64,000 bases of DNA from an uncultured Chroococcidiopsis sp. (GTDB lineage: Bacteria; Cyanobacteriota; Cyanobacteriia; Cyanobacteriales; Chroococcidiopsidaceae): contig CAXTYC010000003.1 of NCBI GenBank assembly GCA_964248365.1, positions 1 through 64,000 on the forward strand. Direction: 5' to 3'. A program made the position numbers and the translations under genes. Shown one piece after another: positions 9,708-19,886 of this stretch; the first letter of the stretch is position 1; every line of letters begins with the position of its first letter. Under the pieces are notes generated by a model, which searched no databases, was not told where the DNA came from, and saw only the letters and a list, made by a program, of their open reading frames with translations.

Positions 9708-10964
9708 CTACTGTTTGTTTGTAGGAGCCGCATCTACATTTTGCAAAGAGGAGGAAGGTAAAGGAGCAGCACTATTTGTTGCACCCGATTGAGAAGGTGC
9801 TGGGTCTGGATCGGAGAAGCTAGCAGGCGCTCTTCTGGCTGGTGAGGTTGGGTTAACAGGTGTTGATTGTGGACCAAGAATGATCGTACTGGCTGCCGGA
9901 ATAACAGTCGGTGCAGGCGGGGTAGACACTGGAAGAGTGGGAGTTGGGAACTGCCCATTTGTTTGCAGTGGTGTCAAGATGATCCTCGACCTGTCATTAG
10001 ATAAGTCTGGTCTTTGGGTAATTGTAGGTCGTTTCTGCTGAAGGGTGGTTTGTGGTGTACCGCCAGAGTTAAAGGATGGTGGACGGCTATACACATCAGC
10101 AGCAGTATTACCACCTAAAGGAGAACCGTCGGTGTTATAAGCTCTAACGATCGCACTACCAACCGTATAACCCAACGCTTCTCCTGCCACCGAGTCAGAG
10201 TAGTAGTGTACGCCTCCTTGCCTGCGGGCGAGGGAAGCTTCTCTACCCAAGTTAACGAAGCTTTCCACTGGTTCATTGGGGAAACAAGCAGGACCAATCG
10301 CCATAAATACACCAGCAGATGTGGAGTGACCAGAGGGATATGATGGGTGGTAAGGAGTGGGTAGGGTAGGACCGTTTGCGACAGCAGGGTTAACTAGGGA
10401 TTGAAATGCGTAACCTGTAACTTGATCGGGACGGGGACGCAAATACGTGAATTTGTTGTACCACGCAGCCAAAAGACCAGAATAAACGCCCTCATTGAGC
10501 ATCGCTTCACAACGAGCCGCTAAGGGGGGACTATATTTATATTTCTGAATCAGATAATCAAAGTAGAGATTGTAGCTAGAAGCAGGTGGGTCAAAGTTCC
10601 AACGAGTAATTGTAGTAACGACATTCGGATTGCTTCGAGTAGCAGCCAGTTGGTTCAATTCCTCCAATTCTGACTTAGTTTGATTCGAGGTATTAGTAGG
10701 TGGTGGTGGAAGAATGAATTTATCAAATTGTCTGGCTGGGTTTACGGGAATCTTCCAATTAGGAGCAGAGGGAGCAACAATCCTAGAATCTGGCAGGACT
10801 GGTGGATTCTGTGGGTTCGCCTCTGTATCTCGTGGGTTGAACTTCACACTATCAGGCTGATTGGGAGCAGGAGGAGTGGCAACCTGAGCATAAGCATCTG
10901 GTATGGTGACACCCATTAGTAGAAATGCCACAGATGCGCTCTTAAAAATGAACGAAGTTCTCAT
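9708..10964 (-). CDS. Exported PAP2 / vanadium-dependent haloperoxidase superfamily protein with Pro/Thr-rich tail
   Basis: KFTYLRPRP, HPSYPSGH and RRQGGVHYYSD motifs; signal peptide ending AYA. Confidence 0.8.
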   Translation of the reverse strand: MRTSFIFKSASVAFLLMGVTIPDAYAQVATPPAPNQPDSVKFNPRDTEANPQNPPVLPDSRIVAPSAPNWKIPVNPARQFDKFILPPPPTNTSNQTKSELEELNQLAATRSNPNVVTTITRWNFDPPASSYNLYFDYLIQKYKYSPPLAARCEAMLNEGVYSGLLAAWYNKFTYLRPRPDQVTGYAFQSLVNPAVANGPTLPTPYHPSYPSGHSTSAGVFMAIGPACFPNEPVESFVNLGREASLARRQGGVHYYSDSVAGEALGYTVGSAIVRAYNTDGSPLGGNTAADVYSRPPSFNSGGTPQTTLQQKRPTITQRPDLSNDRSRIILTPLQTNGQFPTPTLPVSTPPAPTVIPAASTIILGPQSTPVNPTSPARRAPASFSDPDPAPSQSGATNSAAPLPSSSLQNVDAAPTNKQ

Positions 10965-11299
10965 TGATTCATCTCACTTTTTTTGAATCATCTTGCAGGA
11001 TATCTTGTAGCGATATCTTACAGAAATAAATACAATTTTGATTTGCAGCTTTCCGGTTTTTTATAAGAAAATACTGCAAAAATTTTAACCTCTTTGCATA
11101 CTAAGTTAGATTTGGTTCTAGGTGGCTAGAAATTAAAAACTGGTCTTAGTATGCTCGTTGCGCCTTTAATCGAAAAGCGCAAAATTAACAAAAAAACTCT
11201 CTACCCCTTAGAGATGTTTTAGCCAGTTGAGAAGAATCCTTTATTGTAAAATAACTTTAATTAGCTACAACTTTTGGATACTTCAACCTTTGCATCTAT

Positions 11300-12157
11300 C
11301 TATTTGCTCTGATAAAGATTTGATTGGGGAATAAAAGAGTAACGGGTCAATATATCATTAATAAACGTAAACCGAGTAGACGCATTTGTATTGAGTCTGG
11401 CGTAGACATAGTTTACGACCTTTTGATGTTCATACTCTAGAGGTTGAATGAAGTCAGGTTGACCGTAAATTGATGTAACCTGTTGCTGATTCATCCCAAT
11501 CCGAATCCGCTGATATGCAGGTTCGCCTGTTGGCATGGTTGGCGTTGCAGGTAATATGACTTTGAGAATTTGGGCTGGAGTTTCCAAGCCAATATTGACA
11601 CCTTCTACCCGATCATCTGCCAGAATGACGTTAACTGCACTTTCGCCTTTTTTTACATATATAAGTTGCTCAATTTTGTTGGAAGAAATGTCGTTGCGTC
11701 TTTCAGAGACAGGCTTGCCCATCAGCTTTAGTACGTCTTCCCGACTCATACCAACTCTAATGCCGCGAGCAAATCGAGGAATATTGTTACTAGTGACGCT
11801 TGTGAGTTCGCAAGTCACGCCGGAAAGGCGACCGTCAATCATTGAGACTTTGGTGATAATTGGCTCTTGACGGTAGTTCAGGATCTTGAGGTTCATATCC
11901 AAGTTTGGGAAAACCTTGATATCGGTTGGTTTTCCCATCACCTTTTCCACCTCAGCTAGAACCATACCTTGGTGTAACCGACTGGCTTTGATTGCCAGAC
12001 GTTCAATCGGAATACTGTTAGATTCGTTCTGGGGAAAGGACTTTGGGGATACGGTTTGTGTTTGAGACTGGCTAACAGCAGGATTAATAGCTATGAATGG
12101 AGTGACGCTAGCTGCAAGGCTCAATGTAAGCAGGCATACATAATTTGTTAATTTCAC
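11300..12157 (-). CDS. Exported protein with three BamE/SmpA-like repeats
   Basis: Signal peptide; three repeats GMVLAEVEKVMGKP, GMSREDVLKLMGKP, GMNQQQVTSIYGQP. Confidence 0.65.
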   Translation of the reverse strand: MKLTNYVCLLTLSLAASVTPFIAINPAVSQSQTQTVSPKSFPQNESNSIPIERLAIKASRLHQGMVLAEVEKVMGKPTDIKVFPNLDMNLKILNYRQEPIITKVSMIDGRLSGVTCELTSVTSNNIPRFARGIRVGMSREDVLKLMGKPVSERRNDISSNKIEQLIYVKKGESAVNVILADDRVEGVNIGLETPAQILKVILPATPTMPTGEPAYQRIRIGMNQQQVTSIYGQPDFIQPLEYEHQKVVNYVYARLNTNASTRFTFINDILTRYSFIPQSNLYQSK

Positions 12158-12413
12158 AATTTAAGCTCCACCATTACGCGATACTCGCCAAAAGGTCTTC
12201 GGTTAACAGATACAATTGCTGCTGTTTGGAATCCAAATTAAGTTAGTTAATTAATACAATTTGCAATAAAATGCAAAAAAACTATAGCTTTACATCTAGC
12301 CCTCTTTCAAAGATCCCTTGCACCTTCCGATAAACCCTCTTATAGGGCTAGATTAGCCAGTACTCAACGCTTAACCATCAACTGTCCGCGCTTGAGTGTA
12401 GATGTCTAACCAA

Positions 12414-12790
12414 CTACTTTTGACTACACCCAGAGCTTGCTGATAATAAGCGATCGCCTCTGTGAGGACAATTGAACTTGGTTGTAAGGTAAGTGCTTGC
12501 CTCCCGTGAGCGATCGCTTATTAAAAACAACTTTTCTTGCAGCACAAGTGCTAGATTGTTATGTACTTCTGCCCAGTTTGGCTCCAAGGTAAGTGCTTGC
12601 TGGTAATGAGCAATAGCTAACTCTAATTGACCTTCTGCTCGAAGTGCATTACCGTTGTTGTAATGCAAGCTTGCAATTGATGGATTTTCTTTCACTGCTT
12701 TGCTAAAACACTCAATTGCCAGGTCATAATTATTACTTTGTGCTGCAATCATCCCAAGCATTTGTAGAGCATCAGCTTGATTGGGTTGCC
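12414..12790 (-). pseudogene. Tetratricopeptide-repeat protein remnant
   Basis: About 2.5 TPRs (NNGNALRAEGQLELAIAHYQQALTLEP); further TPR pieces out of frame; no plausible N-terminus. Confidence 0.7.
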
Positions 12791-12891
12791 TAAAAATTTT
12801 TTGCTCCTCAAGGACTCACATCAAAAGTCTACCTGGTAAAACTAGCAAGCATACTTTACCCATTTGAACGGGTTTTGGCTATTGGTTCGAG

Positions 12892-13332
12892 TCACTTAAG
12901 CGATTGTTGATTGTTGCTTGTATCTGAAGATGGAGTAATTGGCATTTGGGGATTACGCCAAAGTACTAAAGGAATACTCAAAGTTCCCAAAATCATTACT
13001 ATCGCCGCCAGAAGCCAAACAATTAATCGATTTGGTCGATAATTTCCGCGCTCGATTTGCCAAAAAACTTGGTTGTAGCGCCCAGCTGCTAAGGCAATAG
13101 TAACTATACCAACAATTACTAGACTCACACCCAGGCTTTCCGAATTGAAAAGAGGATGATTTGTAGTTGGTTGTTGAGTAACGGCGGTTTGGAGTTGACG
13201 TAGAAATAAACCAAATCTTGCAATGGCAAATCCAAAGCCAATTAAGGCAATAGAAGTACGCAACCAAGCTAAAAAAGTGCGCTCGTTTGCTTGATGCTCC
13301 CGTTGACGGTCGATTTGAGGTTTTCTATTCAA
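12892..13332 (-). CDS. DUF202/YidH family inner membrane protein
   Basis: REHQANERTFLAWLRTSIALIGFGFAIARF signature; three TM segments. Confidence 0.9.
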   Translation of the reverse strand: MNRKPQIDRQREHQANERTFLAWLRTSIALIGFGFAIARFGLFLRQLQTAVTQQPTTNHPLFNSESLGVSLVIVGIVTIALAAGRYNQVFWQIERGNYRPNRLIVWLLAAIVMILGTLSIPLVLWRNPQMPITPSSDTSNNQQSLK

Positions 13333-13354
13333 AATTAATTACTAATGAACAAGC

Positions 13355-13403
13355 GGTAATTGGTAATTGGTAATTGGTAATTGGTAATTGGTAATTGATA
13401 ATT
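13355..13403. repeat. Heptamer tandem repeat (GGTAATT)x6 plus one variant
   Basis: Read directly from the sequence. Confidence 0.9.
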
Positions 13404-13412
13404 GAATAGTCA

Positions 13413-14426
13413 CTACTTGTTCTGTACTTGAACAGACCAAATTGGCAATTGATTGACTTTTTGAACTGTTAAATCTACAAATTTAGTGCCGTCTTTCCTT
13501 GCTACCGCTTCACCAAAATAGCCCTTAGAGCCATCATGCTCATGAGGACCACTAATATATGCTTGGTAACGACCTTGCTGACGAGCTTGATTAAAGGGAG
13601 AGCCAACAGACCAAAACCAGCGCGATGGAAACACTATACCGCCTATATCCTCCACCCAGTCCTTAGTGCCTCGCAGGTGGTAGACACGTTCAGCTGCATT
13701 GAAACCATCTGTACCAGCAAATACACCCCCAACGGAAACTACAAAAATTGGCTCATCTAGCCACTTTTCAAGATAGGGAGTCGCAGCAAGGGCAACTTGT
13801 CCGCCGCCACTAGTACCAATGAGAATAATTTTGAAGGGTTTACCAGAGGACACTGATAGTGGATTAGCTGCATTCATTCGGTCAATGATGGCACTAGCTA
13901 TTCCTTGGTTGTAAATCGGTCCATATCGTTCGTCTGCGGAGATGGCAAATCGCCAAAGATTGCGAATTTTGATTAATACGCTTGCTACACCATACCAACC
14001 CTTTGCATTATTGGCAAAGTTCCACAGGGGAGCGAGTAAGCGCTCTCCCCCTAAACTTTTGTTATCCGCTGAGTAAGGAAAAACATCTCGAACCGTGACG
14101 CAGTTGGGATGAGTTCGATCTAAACTGTTGAGAAATATTGCTTCCCCAGGAGTTAATTGATCGGTAGAAAAATCCCCCACTCCTGTGAGAAAAACAATAT
14201 AACAGTTAATTTGCGAGTTTTTAGCGATAGCTTTTGAGTTATTTCTCGGTGGCAGTTGCTTCGATTTCTTCAAACCCAAGCTTTCAGAACTCTGTTTGAG
14301 CCACCAGACTATAGTACCGACTGGGGAGAGTGTTCCCCAGACTAAAAGTATTATTCCAGCTAACGTCAGCAGCTTTAAGCTGCCACCCCTTAGCCAGACA
14401 AGTAAACGCCCAATTAAATTAAGCAT
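13413..14426 (-). CDS. Hypothetical membrane-anchored protein, possible alpha/beta-hydrolase fold
   Basis: N-terminal TM helix; IILIGTSGGGQV nucleophile-elbow-like motif; later D (KDWV) and H (GPHEH). Confidence 0.55.
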   Translation of the reverse strand: MLNLIGRLLVWLRGGSLKLLTLAGIILLVWGTLSPVGTIVWWLKQSSESLGLKKSKQLPPRNNSKAIAKNSQINCYIVFLTGVGDFSTDQLTPGEAIFLNSLDRTHPNCVTVRDVFPYSADNKSLGGERLLAPLWNFANNAKGWYGVASVLIKIRNLWRFAISADERYGPIYNQGIASAIIDRMNAANPLSVSSGKPFKIILIGTSGGGQVALAATPYLEKWLDEPIFVVSVGGVFAGTDGFNAAERVYHLRGTKDWVEDIGGIVFPSRWFWSVGSPFNQARQQGRYQAYISGPHEHDGSKGYFGEAVARKDGTKFVDLTVQKVNQLPIWSVQVQNK

Positions 14427-14517
14427 TCAAAGATTGCGATCGCACTCTTGCTATTTTTGCCCTAGTTTGCAGTAATCTATCAACGTTGTCATCAATCCCA
14501 AGCAGCAGGTATTCAAC

Positions 14518-15081
14518 GTGAGTGGCAATTCAAAAAGGAGCTTGCGCTCTACCCTGTGGAAGGCACTATCTTTGGATGCAAATTTTTACGAAAATACTCG
14601 TAGCACCTTCATAACACGGCGCTTAGCTCGAACAATTGTGATTTTAGCGGCAGTGTCTCATGCTCTAGGCAGTGCTGTCATTTTATTGATTAATCGGGCT
14701 GATCTCCCCAGCTTGGTTATAGCACTGCTGCTTGACGGCATCAGCGTTGTCGGCGGTTACTATTTCTGGACTTTAACAATATCTAAAATCGGGCAGTGGT
14801 TTAAACCCAATCATGTCACTTATAGAGAATTGCTGATTCCGATTGGCTTTGCCTATGCTCCTCAAGTGCTGAACTTTTTAACGCTGATTCCCTTGCTAGG
14901 GCGACCAATTGAACGAGTGTTAGCAGTTTGGAGTTTGTTAAGTATTATTGTGGCTGTGCGTCAAGGTTTAGATATTAACACTACTTGGGCTGCATTGATT
15001 TGTCTAGTCGGTTGGACTCTAATTCAATTAGCGATCGCTTTAGTACAAGTCTATGAACAAGTACTTGTCAGGTACATCTAG
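14518..15081 (+). CDS. YIP1-family membrane protein
   Basis: Five hydrophobic segments; IGFAYAPQVL and AVRQGLD motifs. Confidence 0.65.
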   Translation: MSGNSKRSLRSTLWKALSLDANFYENTRSTFITRRLARTIVILAAVSHALGSAVILLINRADLPSLVIALLLDGISVVGGYYFWTLTISKIGQWFKPNHVTYRELLIPIGFAYAPQVLNFLTLIPLLGRPIERVLAVWSLLSIIVAVRQGLDINTTWAALICLVGWTLIQLAIALVQVYEQVLVRYI

Positions 15082-15298
15082 ATTTGGATGTTCGTTTTGA
15101 TCTGTAGTTTTTAGGAGTTACGCAGTAGGGCGATGACAAAGCTTACCCTTTACTTGTAATCCATAAGAGAGAAGTCAGTAATCGCTTTGAGCGTTCAATA
15201 TAAGTTTACACAAAGGTGGCGAAGGAAGGCGATCGCTCCAACGAATAGCCGGATTGTACCAAACAGCAATCGACCTGGGAAGGAAATCAAATCTACAG

Positions 15299-16930
15299 AT
15301 GGCTAAGAAGCGCAAGCAAGAACAAATCGAAAAAACTGCTCAAGAAACATTTGGCTACGATCACCTGCGTCCAGGGCAAGCCGAGGTAATCCAAGCCGTC
15401 CTTGATGGACATGATGCCCTAGCCGTAATGCCCACTGGTTCAGGCAAATCAGCAATTTACCAACTTGCCGCGTTGCAACTGCCTGGTGCAACAGTTGTGA
15501 TCTCGCCTCTAATTGCCCTACAGCGGGATCAATTGGAAGCGATCGAAGAGCATCACATAGCTGGGGCAGCTGTAATTAACTCAACTGTACCAGAAAATGA
15601 ACGCGGGGAAGCATTTGAGAAATTGCAAGGCAAAAAGCTGGAGTTTCTATTTCTTGCCCCTGAGCAATTTAGCCATCAGGAAGTACTGGCAAAGATTAAA
15701 GCAGCTAAACCGTCCTTGTTTGTTGTTGACGAAGCCCATTGTGTCAGCGAATGGGGACACGATTTCCGTCCCGACTACCTGCGACTGGGTACTGTAATTG
15801 AAGCGCTTGGTCATCCTACCGTACTTGCCCTTACCGCCACTGCTTCGCCCTTGGTACGAGATGAGATTATCAAACGGCTAAAGATGCGAGATGCGCGTGT
15901 AATCGTGCGCGGATTTGACCGCCCCAATATTTGGTTGGGTGTGGAGACATTCTACGAACAAGCAGAAAAACATAATGCATTAATTGAGCGCGTTGTCAAC
16001 ATCCAAAAACCTGGAATTGTTTATGTTGCTACTCGCAAGCGGGCAGAGGAAATTGCCGCCGCCCTGGGCAACAAGGGGATCAAAGCCGTTTATTATCATG
16101 CTGGTATGAAGGCGAGCGATCGCCAACAAGTCCAAACCGAATTTATGCAAGATCAAGCAGAGGTGATTGTCGCTACTACGGCTTTTGGTATGGGTGTAGA
16201 TAAACCAAATGTCCGCTTTGTCTTTCACTACGACATCAGCGATTCGGTTGACTCATATTATCAGGAAATTGGTAGGGCTGGACGAGACGGCGAGAAGGCA
16301 GTAGCAACTTTATTCTATTGCCCAGATGACCTGAAAATTCGCCGCTTCTTCTCCTCCAGCGGGAAGGTAGACTTTGAGCAGATGCTAGAAGTCGCTGAAG
16401 CCGTCCAGTCAGCCTCGGAGCCAGTCGAACCGGAAGAGTTACAGGAATTAACAAATTTATCTCAAACAAAACTGACAAAAGCTCTGTCCCGTTTAGAAGA
16501 AGTCGATGCCCTCGAAATTTTGCCCACTGGTCAGGTAATTGCCAATAGTAAAGCTAAAATTAACTGCGAGTCAGCCGCCGCCGCCGCAGTTGTTGCTGGT
16601 GAACGACGGCAACAATTTGAGCATTCGCGTCTAGAAATGATGCGCGGCTACGCCGAGGTGCAAAACTGTCGTCGTCAGTACGTGCTTAGCTATTTTGGCG
16701 AAAATCTAGATGACGATTGTGGCTTTTGCGACAACTGCGAAGCTGGACTAGTCATAGAGTCAGACAGCAACCACCCCTTTCCCATCAATAGCACTGTCAT
16801 ACACACCAACTTTGGCAAAGGGCGTGTCTTGCGTTACGAAAGCGACAAAATCCTGATCCTATTTGATACAGTAGGCTACAAAACCTTCGCCCTTGATCTG
16901 GTGCAGAAGCTACTTAAGCTAGTGGAGTAG
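15299..16930 (+). CDS. recQ: RecQ family ATP-dependent DNA helicase
   Basis: [37 protein letters not shown]; Zn site CRRQY...CGFCDNC. Confidence 0.92.
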   Translation: MAKKRKQEQIEKTAQETFGYDHLRPGQAEVIQAVLDGHDALAVMPTGSGKSAIYQLAALQLPGATVVISPLIALQRDQLEAIEEHHIAGAAVINSTVPENERGEAFEKLQGKKLEFLFLAPEQFSHQEVLAKIKAAKPSLFVVDEAHCVSEWGHDFRPDYLRLGTVIEALGHPTVLALTATASPLVRDEIIKRLKMRDARVIVRGFDRPNIWLGVETFYEQAEKHNALIERVVNIQKPGIVYVATRKRAEEIAAALGNKGIKAVYYHAGMKASDRQQVQTEFMQDQAEVIVATTAFGMGVDKPNVRFVFHYDISDSVDSYYQEIGRAGRDGEKAVATLFYCPDDLKIRRFFSSSGKVDFEQMLEVAEAVQSASEPVEPEELQELTNLSQTKLTKALSRLEEVDALEILPTGQVIANSKAKINCESAAAAAVVAGERRQQFEHSRLEMMRGYAEVQNCRRQYVLSYFGENLDDDCGFCDNCEAGLVIESDSNHPFPINSTVIHTNFGKGRVLRYESDKILILFDTVGYKTFALDLVQKLLKLVE

Positions 16931-17079
16931 GGGCTAGAAAAAAGGGTAAAGGGGAAAGGGAAAAGGGAATCAATTATCAATTATCAATTGTTTATTGTTC
17001 ATTGTTAATTGCTTCATACTTCTAACTTCATACTTCACACTTCTAACTTCATCCTTCCTACTTCATACTTAATCCTTTT

Positions 17080-18270
17080 CTAGCTCCTAGTTCCTATCCA
17101 CTCTAAGACTCGATTCCATGCCCACCAGGGATCGGGATCGCCCATTCGATCCTGGCACGCTTTACTTGCTAGATAGCCCACATGACCGCCGTAACCAGTC
17201 AAAATTAAGTCGATGTTGGGGTTGCGATCGCTTGCACTTTGCAAATCAGGTACAATCGTCGGGTCAAATAAAGGATCGTCAGCTGCATAGATAATTAGCG
17301 TCGGTTTTTCTAAATTAGGCAGTAGATGTAAACCACTGCTAGCTTCGTAGTACGCCTCTACCGAGTCAAAGCCCAACCGTCCGATAACTAATTCTTGATC
17401 AAAACCCCAAATACTATTAGCTCGTTCAATTGCGGCTGGATCAATTGCCCCTGGATGAGCTTCATAGATTTGCCTAGCTAGTTGTTTCAACCCTCTGGCG
17501 ATCGCCTGTTCGAGATACTTACCCCAGGGATCTCTAACTAAATAAGATAGCGATCGAATCGAATCTAAACTCGGACAAATCACCGCCGCACCGCCGATCT
17601 CGTCAGGGGTGAGGGGTGAGGGGTGAGGGGCGAGGGATGGGGGAATGGGATTTGGAGGTGATGGGGGAATTTCTCCCCATCTCCTTATCTCCCCATCTCC
17701 CCTGCCCCTCTGCTCCTCTGCCCCTTGCGCCCCTTGCCCCTGGGCAACTCTGCTAATTACATCCTGGGAGGCTTTGACTGCCCACAGTGCCAATTGTCCA
17801 CCGAGAGAAAACCCTGTGAACCAATATTTCCCAGGACAACCCATTGTTTTAGCCTGTGCCGCAATGCGAACAAAATCTTCACCCTCGTATAAACCATCAG
17901 AAGTTAATGTTGGTGATAACTGAGCTGTTTTGCCGTGCGCCCGCCAGTCAAATAAAACTACTGCATAGCCTTGGGCAAATGCTTTACGTCCTAGCAACCT
18001 CAAAAACCATTGGTTATCCAGTGAGCCTGTAATCCCATAAGTTCCAATAATCGTGCTTTTTGGGTTATGGGGAATAGCAACCCAACCATAAATTGGTACT
18101 CCGCCAGCCCCTGTAAAGATGGTTTCAAGGTAAGGCGGCTCCAGCTCCCTCGTGGTTGCTGACCAGTTTTTACTACCCCAAGTAGCTGTGTAAACAGTCA
18201 TCGTTATCCCATTTTTCAGCCACCTTGGTGGCGTAAATGCAGTATTAAGCAATGCAGTATGGATTGACAC
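17080..18270 (-). CDS. YheT-like alpha/beta hydrolase with internal repeat-derived insertion
   Basis: GFSLGG nucleophile, AADDP acid, GGHVG histidine. Confidence 0.85.
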   Translation of the reverse strand: MSIHTALLNTAFTPPRWLKNGITMTVYTATWGSKNWSATTRELEPPYLETIFTGAGGVPIYGWVAIPHNPKSTIIGTYGITGSLDNQWFLRLLGRKAFAQGYAVVLFDWRAHGKTAQLSPTLTSDGLYEGEDFVRIAAQAKTMGCPGKYWFTGFSLGGQLALWAVKASQDVISRVAQGQGAQGAEEQRGRGDGEIRRWGEIPPSPPNPIPPSLAPHPSPLTPDEIGGAAVICPSLDSIRSLSYLVRDPWGKYLEQAIARGLKQLARQIYEAHPGAIDPAAIERANSIWGFDQELVIGRLGFDSVEAYYEASSGLHLLPNLEKPTLIIYAADDPLFDPTIVPDLQSASDRNPNIDLILTGYGGHVGYLASKACQDRMGDPDPWWAWNRVLEWIGTRS

Positions 18271-18631
18271 TATACAATTTCAATCTTATATTTCGTGAGC
18301 TTCTCAAGATTAAGTAGGGGCTAGGGGCTAGGGGCTAGAGGCTAGGGAGAGGGGGAGAGGGGGAGCAAAAGGGAGTAATCATTGATTACGAATTACGAAT
18401 TACCTTTTCCCTTTCCCCTTTTCTCTTTTTTCTAGCCACTGGTTCCAGTGGTTCCACTAGCCTCCAGCCTTCACTCTTTCTAACGAAACTGAATATTTTT
18501 CGATGATGTGACTATACTCGGACTGGAAGACTTAGATAATCTCTGAAATCCTTCATATAATCAGTACAGCAATCTTTGTATTTCCCAAAGGTTCTTATTT
18601 ATCCTTAATAAGTTGTCAATTTTTTTAACTA

Positions 18632-19390
18632 ATGGCGCGAATACTTGTAATTGACGATGATCCCGCAATCTCAGAACTAGTTGCAGTCAACTTAGAAATG
18701 GCTGGATACGATGTCAGCCAAGCCGAAGACGGGATTAAAGGACAAGCGCTGGCTCTACAGCTACAGCCAGATCTGATTATGCTAGATCTCATGCTGCCTA
18801 GAGTGGATGGATTTACTATCTGCCAACGCCTGCGTCGGGATGAGCGCACTGCTGAAATTCCTGTATTAATGTTGACGGCTTTAAGCCAAACTCAAGATAA
18901 AGTTGAAGGTTTCAATGCTGGTGCAGATGATTATCTCACCAAACCGTTTGAGGTCGAAGAAATGCTTGCTCGTGTCAGAGCTTTGCTTCGACGGACTGAT
19001 CGCATTCCCCAGGCTGCTAAACATAGCGAAATTCTCAACTATGGTTCACTTACACTGGTTCCAGAACGCTTTGAGGCAATTTGGTTCACCGAAACGGTTA
19101 AGCTAACTCATCTCGAATTTGAGCTGTTGCACTGCCTACTCCAGCGACACGGACAAACAGTTTCTCCCAGTGACATCCTCAAGGAAGTCTGGGGCTACGA
19201 TCCTGATGATGATATTGAAACGATTCGAGTGCATATACGCCACTTACGAACAAAGCTCGAACCCGATCCTCGCCATCCTCGCTATATCAAAACTGTTTAC
19301 GGTGCTGGTTACTGTTTGGAGTTGCCTAGTATTGAACAGTCAGAATCGGATCTTTCTGCCAGCCCTGCAAGTGTTGCCAGTCAAGATTAA
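18632..19390 (+). CDS. rpaA: OmpR-family response regulator RpaA
   Basis: [18 protein letters not shown] linker and [20 protein letters not shown] are characteristic of cyanobacterial RpaA. Confidence 0.92.
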   Translation: MARILVIDDDPAISELVAVNLEMAGYDVSQAEDGIKGQALALQLQPDLIMLDLMLPRVDGFTICQRLRRDERTAEIPVLMLTALSQTQDKVEGFNAGADDYLTKPFEVEEMLARVRALLRRTDRIPQAAKHSEILNYGSLTLVPERFEAIWFTETVKLTHLEFELLHCLLQRHGQTVSPSDILKEVWGYDPDDDIETIRVHIRHLRTKLEPDPRHPRYIKTVYGAGYCLELPSIEQSESDLSASPASVASQD

Positions 19391-19886
19391 AAATTTCTTA
19401 TAGAAGTCTGAATATTCTTTAAATTATTCAATCTTCTGCACTTGTCGCTTCTTTCGGCTGTGGATTCATCTATAAAATTTGTTTTAACTGCTAGACATGA
19501 GGAAATTTTATGGTATTCTTGCTTTGTAATGGAAATATTAACTTTAATTCTTAAAAGCAACATATTACCATTATAAATAATACTATAGCGAAAAAAGTGA
19601 GAAGAATCAATAGTAGATTTTAGAGGGGCGATCGCAAACAAAAAACCATCCTGAGCCAATGGAAATAGGCGATCGTTTTAATTGTGTATGTATCACGATG
19701 CCAATTGCAGTGTACATAAACTTTACAATGTCAAGGTTGCTCAATAAACGTAGTTTCGGCAATGCCCACCGTTTCAAGCTGTTAAGAACCGTGACGTAGG
19801 ATATAAACGCTAGCCTTCTAGAAATACAAACAAATATAGGTGGGCAATGCCCACCCTACGAAATGATATTTAATTGAAAGCTTTGA

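Noticed and set aside
19387..19659. 90-aa minus-strand ORF after rpaA
   Set aside because: AT-rich intergenic sequence, TTG start, no recognisable motif
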